Below, piece by piece: positions 55,474-64,000 of a DNA stretch of 64,000 nt. How positions within the stretch are numbered: position 1 is the stretch's first letter; every line of letters begins with the position of its first letter. Position numbers and translations under genes: made by a program. The notes beneath the pieces were generated by a model. That model was not told where the DNA came from, searched no databases, and worked only from the letters and a program-made list of their open reading frames with translations. Source of the stretch: Dehalococcoidia bacterium (GTDB lineage: Bacteria > Chloroflexota > Dehalococcoidia > DSTF01 > JALHUB01); contig DAOULP010000114.1 in NCBI GenBank assembly GCA_034420175.1, positions 4,014 through 68,013 of the forward strand, given 5' to 3'.

Positions 55474-58400
55474 TGCGCGTCGAGCGAATCTACATCGACG
55501 GATATGGCATCTTTGGGGACTTCACCCTGGACGAGCTATCCCCAAGGATGACGGTGCTCGTGGGCCCGAACGAGTCCGGGAAGACCACTCTCCTCTCCTT
55601 CATTCGCACGATCCTGTTTGGCTTCCTGGGCAAGCGGAGTGAGAACCCGTGCGAACCTCTGCGAGGTGGCCGGCACGGCGGTCGCATCTTCGTCACGGAC
55701 GATCGAGATGAGTCGTATGTGATTGAGCGCTTCGCCGGTCCGAAAGGCGGCGCACTTGCACTCACGCTCCCGAGCGGGGCCCCTGGCAGCGCCGCGGACC
55801 TGGCCGACCTGCTCGGTCACGCCTCCCGGGACCTCTTCCGCAACGTATTTGCCTTCAGCCTGGTGGAGCTCCAGACCTTCGACACTCTACGCAGCGAGGA
55901 CGTGCGAACCCGTATCTACGGCGCGGGGTTGGGTGCTGGGCGTCTTGACCTCCCCGAGATCGAGAAGAAGGTGCAGCAGGCCCGCGAGAGTCTATTCAAG
56001 GAGGGCGGCAGTGCACAGATCATCGCCGGGTTGATCCACAAGGCCGACGACGACCGCGCGCGGTTGCGCGCTCTCAGCGGACAGGTGGCGGAGCACGACC
56101 GCCTGCGCAGGTCGCTCGAAGGCCTGAGTCTTGCGATTGAGACGAAGCGGGAGGAGCGTCGAACCCAGCAAGCCGCGGTCTCCCACATCTCAAACCTCGT
56201 TACCGCGTGGGCCGACTGGACCGAGTTCCAGTCGGCGCAAGAGCGCCTAGGGGAGCTGCCTCAGGTCACCCGGTTCCCCGCTGACGGGATCGCGAGGCTG
56301 GAGCGTTTCGTCCAGCAGCACGACAATCTCGAGGAAAGGATCGAAGAGCTCCGAGGCGACATCACCCGCGCCGAGCAGGAGATTCACAGTACCGAAGTGG
56401 ATGAACGAGTCCTGGAGCAGGCGGCCGAGATCGAGGGACTCAAGCGGGGCCTGGACAGGTACGAGTCGGCCAGGAGTGACCTGCCAAGGCGGCAAACCGA
56501 GATCGAGGGCGCCTTGGATGGTCTTGAGGAGGAACTGAGGGGTCTGGGCACCGGCTGGGACGAGGCGCGCGTCAACGCATTCGATACGTCCCTTCCCACC
56601 CGTGAGGCCGTGCGGGGCTTTGGCGAGCAGCTCGAGGACAGCGCCAGCCGACTGCACGACGCTGAGCGGGATGCGGAGCATGCCCGGCAGAGTCTGCAGG
56701 GCACACGCTCCGAGCACGGTCGCCTGGAGCAGGAACTGAAGGAACTCGGGGAGCCGCCGGAGCGGGACCGTGGAATCCTTGACGAACGCCGGCGCAAGCT
56801 GCGGGAACTGCGCGGTATCCTCTCAGCTCATGCCACGAGTCAACAGAAGCTGGAGCACTTGGAGGAGCGCAAGGTTGACCTAAGCTCGCGAATCGAATGG
56901 CTCGGACGACAAGCAGCACGCAAGGCGCATTCGCTGTCAACGTGGCCCGCCATCGCCCTGCCTTTGGGCGGGAGCGCCATTGCTGCGGTGCTCGCGGTTT
57001 TGGTCGGATGGGTTACTGCGGTGGTGATCTCCGTGAGCGGCCTGGTCGCGGGTCTGATCTACGCCGGTCTGCGCATCTGGCTGAAGACACGTGCCGGGCT
57101 CGAACTGATCGACGCAGAACTGGAGAGCCTGTACGGCCAGCTGGCCGGCATCGAGAAGCAGGCGACCGCGGTCAATTCCGACGTCAAGGAAGAGGCCAAC
57201 TCGATGGAGCGTCTGGCCCAAGATGTTGGATTCCACGGCGCCGATACGCGGAACCTCGACGCTGCAGACGATGCGCTAGAGAGGGACATCGAGACTCTGA
57301 GAGAGTGGGAAGCTGCCGGCCAGCGGGTCAAGGAGGCTACCCAGCGGATCGAGGGACTGGAGGAACATGTACGGAAGGCAGAGGAGGCGGCTAGTCGAGC
57401 TCAGAGCCATGACCAGAAGGCGAGGGAGGCCTGGGATGCGTGGCTGGGCAGCCGCAACATTGACCTGACAACGAGCCCCGACACATGCCTGGAGCTGCTC
57501 TCGCGGGTGGACACCCTTCGGGGGAAAGTCAAGGCGATCGATGGCCTGAGAACGCGGATAGGCGCAATTGAGAAAGCGTTGCTGGATTTCGAAGAGCGAA
57601 CGAACCTGGTACGCCAAGCGTGCGACCGACAGGCCGAGGACCGGAGCGGCTTCCCCCGCGCGACTGATGAACTGATCGAAGCATCCAACGCCGCGCGGCA
57701 GGATTCCGAGCGCGTTAGACAGCTGCGAGAGGAGATTGAGACAGCTGCCAGCAGGAAGAAGACCCGCGAGACGACGGCCAAGGAAGTGGAGGCGGGTATT
57801 TCGGGGCTGTTGTCGGAGGCGGGCGCTGCTAACCAAGAGGACTTCCGCCATCGAGCGGACATCTTTAGCGAGCGCGAGAAGCTGCTGCAGGCTGTCAGGG
57901 AGCGCCGCAGGAACTTGGAGCGGATCGCCGGACGCGACAGGGTCCTTGAGGCGTTCATGAAAGAACTCGAGACCGCCGACCCCGAACAGCTGTACCAGGC
58001 GAAGCAGGAGGCCGAGGAGTGGCTCGCGAGCACCGAGGAAGAACTGGCGACGATGGAGCGTGAGAAGGGTCAAGTGATGGAGCAACTCCGCCAGCTCGAG
58101 ACACAAGAGGAGTCATCCAGGCTTCGACTGCGACTCTCGGTGCTGAGAGAGCAGATCAGTGCCGAGGCGGAGAAGTGGTCCGTGCTGACGATCGCGAAGG
58201 CGATGCTCGAGGAAACACGACTGAAGTACGAGAGGGAACGCCAGCCGGCCGTGATTCAGGAAGCTCAGGCCTTCTTCTCGAGCTTCACCAATGGCAGATA
58301 CGTACGCATCTTCTCACTGCCCGGCGAGAATCGCGTCGAAGTAGAGGACCAGACGGGAGCGAGGAAGGACATCCCCGATCTCAGCCGCGGCACTGCCGAA

Positions 58401-58652
58401 CAGCTCTATCTTGCCCTCCGCTTCGGTCTCGTGCGCGAGTTCGCTAGACGAGCTGAGCCACTGCCAGTGGTGATGGACGACATCCTCGTCAACTTCGACC
58501 CCGAGCGGGCGCGCGAGGCGTGCCGCGCGCTTGGTGGACTATCGAAAGATCAGCAGGTGTTGCTCTTCACATGCCATCCGGAGACAGTCGAGTTGCTGCA
58601 GTCCGAGGTGCAGGACTGCAAGGTCATCGAACTCCATCTCGAAAACAGGTAG
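55473..58652 (+). CDS. SbcC/Rad50-like AAA ATPase with long coiled coils (YhaN-like)
   Basis: MRVERIYIDGYGIFGDF...TVLVGPNESGKTTLLSFIRTILFG is the Walker A. ~800 aa of coiled coil with two central hydrophobic segments (AIALPLGGSAIAAVLAVLVGWVTAVVISVSGLVAGLIYAGL). C-terminus ...LYLALRFGL...PVVMDDILVNFD is the signature/Walker B/D-loop. Confidence 0.85.
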   Translation: MRVERIYIDGYGIFGDFTLDELSPRMTVLVGPNESGKTTLLSFIRTILFGFLGKRSENPCEPLRGGRHGGRIFVTDDRDESYVIERFAGPKGGALALTLPSGAPGSAADLADLLGHASRDLFRNVFAFSLVELQTFDTLRSEDVRTRIYGAGLGAGRLDLPEIEKKVQQARESLFKEGGSAQIIAGLIHKADDDRARLRALSGQVAEHDRLRRSLEGLSLAIETKREERRTQQAAVSHISNLVTAWADWTEFQSAQERLGELPQVTRFPADGIARLERFVQQHDNLEERIEELRGDITRAEQEIHSTEVDERVLEQAAEIEGLKRGLDRYESARSDLPRRQTEIEGALDGLEEELRGLGTGWDEARVNAFDTSLPTREAVRGFGEQLEDSASRLHDAERDAEHARQSLQGTRSEHGRLEQELKELGEPPERDRGILDERRRKLRELRGILSAHATSQQKLEHLEERKVDLSSRIEWLGRQAARKAHSLSTWPAIALPLGGSAIAAVLAVLVGWVTAVVISVSGLVAGLIYAGLRIWLKTRAGLELIDAELESLYGQLAGIEKQATAVNSDVKEEANSMERLAQDVGFHGADTRNLDAADDALERDIETLREWEAAGQRVKEATQRIEGLEEHVRKAEEAASRAQSHDQKAREAWDAWLGSRNIDLTTSPDTCLELLSRVDTLRGKVKAIDGLRTRIGAIEKALLDFEERTNLVRQACDRQAEDRSGFPRATDELIEASNAARQDSERVRQLREEIETAASRKKTRETTAKEVEAGISGLLSEAGAANQEDFRHRADIFSEREKLLQAVRERRRNLERIAGRDRVLEAFMKELETADPEQLYQAKQEAEEWLASTEEELATMEREKGQVMEQLRQLETQEESSRLRLRLSVLREQISAEAEKWSVLTIAKAMLEETRLKYERERQPAVIQEAQAFFSSFTNGRYVRIFSLPGENRVEVEDQTGARKDIPDLSRGTAEQLYLALRFGLVREFARRAEPLPVVMDDILVNFDPERAREACRALGGLSKDQQVLLFTCHPETVELLQSEVQDCKVIELHLENR

Positions 58653-59510
58653 CACCGCCTGCGACACCCGCAGCTTGCGGGCTCATGCGCGCGCGTTTGG
58701 GGGCCTTGGGAATCCCGGTCGAGTACAGCGGGAATCGTGAGACGTCACTGATACTGCCCAGGGACTCCCCGCCTCCGAGCGTATTGCTGCGCCAAGACGC
58801 GCTGCTGGCTCAGTCGCGAAATGCGGACGTCCCATGTGCCGCATGGCCCGGCGGGGCGAGAGCGGAGCCGCTCTCCCAGTGGGCTCCGCAAGCATCACAG
58901 GTCCCAGAAGAACCGCGCAACTACGGAACGAAAGAACCTCTCTCGGACCATCCTGGATGCGATTTCTGATGCTGGCGGAGAGCTGTTGCGGCGGTGAGTC
59001 CAACGAGGATTTCACGGCCGCAGCGCAGCATTGCAGGAACGGTTCGATTGAACCCCCTCGGCACAGTATGCAGACTCAGTGGGGTTTCTTGGCGCCCACA
59101 CCATTTGGCCATAGTGTGGTCTTGGCAAGCTCGTCAAGTGTCAACGCTGACCGCAGCGGCGCGTCTGTCGGCTGTGTGCCTTGGAACCCGCCGACCCCTT
59201 CACCTCCCCCCGAGCAGCATTCTGAGGTGCGCACTGCTGTGGTTGAGGTTCCCGCCGTTCAGGGGTCGGTCTGCGACAGCAGGGCGCGAGTCTGATGCCG
59301 CCTAGTGGCCTCGGCGATCGCGCTTTCGCGCTCGCTGGTCAGAAGGCCGAGAACAGCGGCGTCGTCCTCGGAGGGGACAGACAAGACGAGGCTGCCATCG
59401 CGTGGCAGTCACTGTTGTTGTGGGCTACAGGAGGGATAGCAGGAGTCGACCCAACAGCTCCACGTCAAGGTGTCCGCCACCGTGCCCCGTCGCCGTTCGA
59501 TGCGGCCTCC

Positions 59511-60347
59511 TCAGGTTCGCGGCACGCGCCGGCCGGAAACTCCAGGCCCCGAGAACAAGCCAGACGCAATCAACACGCCACTGGCCATGATGCCCAAGAC
59601 GGCCCCCGGTGCCTCTGACCAAGGAACAGGCGAATACCAGAGGAATGCCTCTGTTCTGGTCCCGTACCAAGTGATTCCAAGGCCCACCAAGCCTAGCATC
59701 AGGTAGGTCACGGCCACCACACCAGACCGCTGCTGAGATTGCGACAGCGCTCGGGAAAGGGCCAGAAGAGCACCAACGACACCCACCACAGGTATCAGCA
59801 GGACCACACTGTACATACGTAGGCCTTCGCCGGTGAGGCATGGCCTGCCAAACAAGGGATCGGTGCAGCTGACAAGCGACCACCACGCGTTGGCGAGGCT
59901 AACAGACCTGCGCGCTCCGTCATCCCACCATGTGCCAACGGCTGGGATGAAGAACGACCCCGCTAGAGCTGCGCTGCCGCCGAGCGCAAGCAAGTCAGGT
60001 ACCCACGTGGTCCTTGTAGCCGCCGAGTCACTGCTCGGGCTGGCCTCGCGAGCCTTTGCTGCCCGCGCTGGACCGGTGTCATCTGCCGTCGGCGCATTGG
60101 AGCACTCATAGCAGTGGCCAGGTCGCCGCGTACGCAGCTTGTCGGTCACACCAAGAACCTTGCCGCAGGACGCGCAGGTTTCGAGAGGCGGCAGCGGCTT
60201 GGGCTCCTCGCGAGGTCCTGGCGACGGAGCATAGTTCCAACGACGCTCGGCAAAGCAGGAATTGCAGAGCCTTGGCATCCGCGACTTCTCCTCTACAGAC
60301 AGATCGAGCCTGCCACACCCCTCGCATCCGCCCCGTGTGTGCGCCAT
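59511..60347 (-). CDS. Membrane protein with N-terminal double zinc-ribbon (CxxC...CxxC x2)
   Basis: MAHTRGGCEGCGRLD...CNSCF...CASCGKV...CYECS, followed by 4-5 hydrophobic helices. Function unknown. Confidence 0.5.
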   Translation of the reverse strand: MAHTRGGCEGCGRLDLSVEEKSRMPRLCNSCFAERRWNYAPSPGPREEPKPLPPLETCASCGKVLGVTDKLRTRRPGHCYECSNAPTADDTGPARAAKAREASPSSDSAATRTTWVPDLLALGGSAALAGSFFIPAVGTWWDDGARRSVSLANAWWSLVSCTDPLFGRPCLTGEGLRMYSVVLLIPVVGVVGALLALSRALSQSQQRSGVVAVTYLMLGLVGLGITWYGTRTEAFLWYSPVPWSEAPGAVLGIMASGVLIASGLFSGPGVSGRRVPRT

Positions 60348-60642
60348 GATTAACCCCCCTCTGGTGGAGCGCGCCAGGCGGAGGGTTCGCTATGTGCCGT
60401 TGCCCGGCGCCTGAGTCCGCGCGCAACCCCGATTGTGCTTGATTCATTGGCTTCAGGAATCCACTCACGAAGGCTAACCCCGTGGGGCGTACACCTTCGC
60501 CAACACCGCCAGTCCCCGGCCGGCTCAGCTCGCCTAAGAGCCACCATGTTCTCATGGTGTATGAGGTCGCGGATACCCGTCATGGGGGCCGCGCAGGCGC
60601 GCGGGTTGGGACGCTCAGCGGAACACAAGGGTGGGGCGTCAG

Positions 60643-61143
60643 TCATTGTGATATTTCGTATAGGCTGTTACCAAGCGATAGCAGCAGACATATCCTCGCT
60701 GCCCGACGCGGCTGAGGTAGGCCAACGTTCACTTCGAGACCGGCCTTCCTCGCTTCAGGAAGATAGGGGCAAGCTTGCTGTCTGCGGGTCGCTCTGCGTC
60801 GTCGCCAGTCAAGACGGGTACCAGGGTATTCAACCGCGTTGAAGCTTCGCGCCCTAGGTGCAAAGGCGTCTTCACCCGCTACTGCTGCGGCTCTCCAGCC
60901 GTAGGCTCGGGCGAACAGGCCGGCCAGCACGGCAAAGACTGCAATGAGCACGCCGATCCCGGAAAGCACAACGGTGACCGTCGGACCGATGCCCAGCAAC
61001 GCGGGCGCCGTCCGCCAGCTCGCGGCTCTGAGTTCGGTCGAGTCCAATTTGTCCTGCAGGCGCGCGCTCGCCCTGTCAAGCATCACACCTGCCTTCCCGG
61101 ACGGCGCAGCGTATCCAGCCCGCCCCCGCCAGGTAGCCGACAA
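60643..61143 (-). CDS. Possible small membrane protein; the true extent is probably shorter, from the internal MLDRASARL
   Basis: One clear TM helix (LLGIGPTVTVVLSGIGVLIAVFAVLAGLFA). The C-terminal half of the ORF is low quality. Confidence 0.3.
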   Translation of the reverse strand: MSATWRGRAGYAAPSGKAGVMLDRASARLQDKLDSTELRAASWRTAPALLGIGPTVTVVLSGIGVLIAVFAVLAGLFARAYGWRAAAVAGEDAFAPRARSFNAVEYPGTRLDWRRRRATRRQQACPYLPEARKAGLEVNVGLPQPRRAARICLLLSLGNSLYEISQ

Positions 61144-61732
61144 TCACAGGGGCGCCCAGCACCCGCAGCGCCCACAGCCAAACGGCGACCAGGGCTCTGT
61201 ACGTCGACCCCTCCGTGGTCAGCAGGCTGACAGAAGCGAAAGCCAGGACGTCGGCCGAAACGAGGCTGCGTGCCGCTGCCCCGACTGACGAGGCGGAGGG
61301 CCGCCGGTCGGCGATCCAGATGCGGATGATTGCCGAGAAGATGCCGAATCCGGCCAGGAGGCCGCCACGTACCGTCCCGCTCACCTTCGACCGGCCCAGG
61401 CGCCGCCTGCGCCCCGTCTCCACTTCGACTATCGTGAGGCCGCGCAACGCTGCCTTGGCGACCATCTCCGCGGTCCAACCGTGCCAACGCTCGCGCAGCG
61501 CCAGCGACTGGAGCGTGCCGGGATGGATTACCTCGAAGGACTGCAGGTCGCTTGGAGGGGTGCACCAGGACACGAGGCGTATGAGCGACGTGAGAGCAGT
61601 GTTGCCTAGGCGCTGATGCCAGGGCATCGCTCCCGGCTTAACGGCTCCTGCCCGAATAGCCAGCGTCACTGCCGCTTCGCCGCGCAGCACGGGCTCCAGC
61701 AGCTCACCAAGCCGGGGCGGCTCGTCGCTCAC
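61076..61732 (-). pseudogene. GT2-family glycosyltransferase C-terminal fragment; the N-terminal DxD region is absent
   Basis: ...WHQRLGNTALTSLIRLVSW...LQSFEVIHPGTL...LTIVEVETGRRRR resembles the C-terminal two-thirds of DPM1-like GT2 enzymes. The ORF begins 4 nt inside the preceding gene's end, leaving no room for the catalytic N-terminus. Confidence 0.45.
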
Positions 61733-63666
61733 TGACGGAAATCAGCGAGCCTGGCAGCCTCCAGCAGGTGGGTGTTGGCGGCGCGGCTGCGCCCCAGTGA
61801 CTCGTAGATCGCTGCGGCCTGTCGACGCACCGAGATGTTGTTCGGATCAAGCCGAACTGCGCTCTCAACTAGGCGCGAAACGCCTGAAGGGGGGACATGC
61901 CCAAGCACTGACATCTTCGCAAGAGCAGAGGCCTCTAGGAGAGTGCTGTGGGCCTCTGGGTGAAACAGTCCGTTGGCAGCGTGATAGTCATTGGCAGCGG
62001 CCGTCAAGCCAGGGATCGGGTCAGCAGAGGAGAGTGCCAGCGCTTCGCGATACTGGGCTAGCTGCACCAAGTAGCGCCGCTGAGCCGGATTGAACAGCGT
62101 TGCACGCTGTGCGAGCCGAACAGCGTCTTGGTAGTCGCCTGCCCTCGCCGCGTCTTGGGCTTGACCGGCCGACACGTCGGCCCACAGCCACACGGCAGAG
62201 CCAACAATAAAGACCAAGCCGGCCACAGCCGATGACAGGCCCACCGCCGCCCAGAGCCGCGGCGGCATCTGGGCCGATGTGCCGGGACTGCTGCCTGACT
62301 TGGCGGCCGCCACTCCCAACCCCACCAGCACCCACAACACCCACGTGCTCGTTGCTTCAGCGTAGCCGAAGAACAAAGCAGCAAGATATGACGCCGCTCC
62401 CACAAGAAGGCCAGCGCTCAGGAGTCTCACATCCGTATTCGTTGCGGCGCGGTAGAACCGTACCTGTACGGCTCCGACTGCGCCGAGCAACAGCACGAAA
62501 GCAGCTAGGCCAACCAGCCCAGTGCCGGTTGCGACATCGAGGAAGACGTTGTGAGCACTCTCGGGGCGCACGTTTGCTGAGCCGATGCCCGGCAGGTCTG
62601 CCGAACGGTACTCCCCGAAGATCGCTCCCAATGAATCCTGGCCGGCTCCTAGCAGTGGCCTGTCGCCAATCATCTGGAACGACAAGCGCCATAGGCCAAG
62701 ACGCGCCGCGACGGGTGTCTCCTCTAGATCCCCAGACGAGGTAAGGCGGTCCCAACTGCCGGACAACGTCGCTCGCACTGGTCCTATGACGACGAGTATG
62801 AGGACCAGGGCGAGAACAGGAGCCAAGAACCACGCCGTCAGGGCTTCTCGTCGTCGACACCAGGATCCCATCCAGCGTTGGGGTCGGCCGGCACACAATA
62901 TCATGAGCGCGATGCCTAGGCCCGCGCCCAACCAGGCGGCCCGGCTGAGGGTGAAGAGTATCGCCGCCAGGACGGCGGCGAGGAGGAGAGCCAAACTGAT
63001 GCGCGACTGTCGGCGGGAGGCCAGCAACAACGCCATGATTACAGGGACGGTCGCCGCCAGAAAGGCACCCAGGAAGTTTGGTTGCGCAAAGGTGGATCCA
63101 ACCCTACCGGGTGGTAGACCTTGCCATTGCACCCAGTCGAGGCCGGCCTTCTGAATGACCGCATAGACACTCGTTCCCAAGGCACCAAGCGCCAACGCCC
63201 AGCAGACCAGTTTCACCTGGATCAGTGACCTTGCGGACAAGACCACCAAGCCGAAGAGCATCAAGTAGAGAAGCTGACTGGCCAGTCCCTGATAACGTTG
63301 GTATTCGCCGATGATGCTGGACCGGGGGTCGAGGGATAGTCCCGCCGCCAGCACGTTGGCACCCGCGTATGGCAAGATTGCCAGCAGCACCCCCACGTGT
63401 GGCTCAGGCCGCGTTCTTGCCCTGGCCAAGCGCAAGCCCACGACCAGCCAGCCACTCCCAACCAGCGCCGCGTTCGTGGCCAACTTGGGAAGGCTCACCT
63501 GGTCTTGCAGCGGAGTGACAACAACCAGAGGAGTGACGGCGCATAGTATCAGAAGGAGGGGCATTGCCCCTTCCAGGGCAGCACCGTCTCTCACGTTCGG
63601 TTCCGCTGTCACGCCGAATCCGGCTGTCTCCCGGGACGAGCACCCTGTTCGCGGCCTATGATGCAA
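61729..63666 (-). CDS. O-antigen ligase/polymerase-like polytopic membrane protein with C-terminal TPR repeats
   Basis: >=10 hydrophobic helices. ...FTLSRAAWLGAGLG... is Wzy_C-like. The C-terminal ~170 aa are TPR-like (…AARAGDYQDAVRLAQRATLFNP...). The start is probably the internal MPLLLILCAV. Confidence 0.7.
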   Translation of the reverse strand: MHHRPRTGCSSRETAGFGVTAEPNVRDGAALEGAMPLLLILCAVTPLVVVTPLQDQVSLPKLATNAALVGSGWLVVGLRLARARTRPEPHVGVLLAILPYAGANVLAAGLSLDPRSSIIGEYQRYQGLASQLLYLMLFGLVVLSARSLIQVKLVCWALALGALGTSVYAVIQKAGLDWVQWQGLPPGRVGSTFAQPNFLGAFLAATVPVIMALLLASRRQSRISLALLLAAVLAAILFTLSRAAWLGAGLGIALMILCAGRPQRWMGSWCRRREALTAWFLAPVLALVLILVVIGPVRATLSGSWDRLTSSGDLEETPVAARLGLWRLSFQMIGDRPLLGAGQDSLGAIFGEYRSADLPGIGSANVRPESAHNVFLDVATGTGLVGLAAFVLLLGAVGAVQVRFYRAATNTDVRLLSAGLLVGAASYLAALFFGYAEATSTWVLWVLVGLGVAAAKSGSSPGTSAQMPPRLWAAVGLSSAVAGLVFIVGSAVWLWADVSAGQAQDAARAGDYQDAVRLAQRATLFNPAQRRYLVQLAQYREALALSSADPIPGLTAAANDYHAANGLFHPEAHSTLLEASALAKMSVLGHVPPSGVSRLVESAVRLDPNNISVRRQAAAIYESLGRSRAANTHLLEAARLADFRQ

Positions 63667-64000
63667 AGGCAGCCCCCGACCGGCTCGTTCCGAGCACGCG
63701 CGAAACAGACTACAGGCTGGTCACCTGCTGGGACACTTTGCCACGGCTTGGTGGCAGGGCCAAGCCTGCGAGCAGGCGGAACATGGGGGTGAAGGGGGAA
63801 GTGCAAACCAGGACCAGCGAGGAAGGCGACATTGCCTGCGGCCCGCTGGCTGATGGTAAATCGACACCAAGGCCTCTCAGCAGCAATGCGACGACGAATA
63901 TCCCGAGAAGCTCCCGCGAGAGCAGTACTGGAGCTCTGGCCGGGCTTGGGGATCGACTTCGCGCGATCGTCGTGGCCACAGCCACGCTCGGTCTGCGGAC

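Overview
High-GC (~65-68%) bacterial chromosomal accessory region. It has strong AAGGAGG-type ribosome-binding sites, many PT-rich linkers, lipoprotein signals and ATGA start/stop overlaps. The phylum cannot be fixed from sequence alone. There is no rRNA and no CRISPR array; one tRNA is present. The window is dominated by horizontally acquired material. (1) Two ~90%-identical tyrosine-integrase genes sit in direct orientation at 2.4 kb and 46.1 kb. The left copy carries a 1.47-kb insertion with a DUF3800-like gene, flanked by 41-bp direct repeats. (2) A plus-strand cluster at 4.9-14.4 kb encodes an R-N-x3-H (HEPN-like motif) protein, a DGQHR (DndB/ParB-like) protein, an unknown 436-aa protein, a beta-class DNA methyltransferase, and a ~1077-aa protein. 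The ~1077-aa protein has an N-terminal PRTase-like region and a C-terminal class-III-nucleotidyl-cyclase-like region; the cluster is a candidate novel DNA-modification or signalling defence system. (3) A minus-strand gene run at 15.2-22.1 kb interleaves three secreted Excalibur-domain proteins (an unknown, an MBL hydrolase and a thermonuclease) with a lipoprotein, a cytoplasmic TIR-HEAT protein and a standalone caspase; the TIR gene stop overlaps the lipoprotein start (ATGA). (4) A secreted beta-helix protein and a PD40 propeller protein share a dockerin-like C-terminal module; the module is also embedded inside the RHS protein. (5) An RHS polymorphic-toxin locus has two orphan toxin/immunity cassettes and ~210-bp recombination repeats. 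(6) A P4/PICI-like satellite remnant encodes a primase with an iteron origin in its 3' end, a small terminase and a ParB-MTase fusion, and abuts a truncated comM/yifB 3' fragment. (7) Further right lie an ABC substrate-binding protein, tRNA-Arg(CCG) with a serine recombinase reading across it, an HTH/ImmA pair and integrase 2. (8) A giant SF1-helicase/Vsr-like-nuclease protein is followed by a translationally coupled SbcD/SbcC-like pair. (9) Envelope genes close the window: a truncated GT2 fragment and an O-antigen-ligase/TPR protein.
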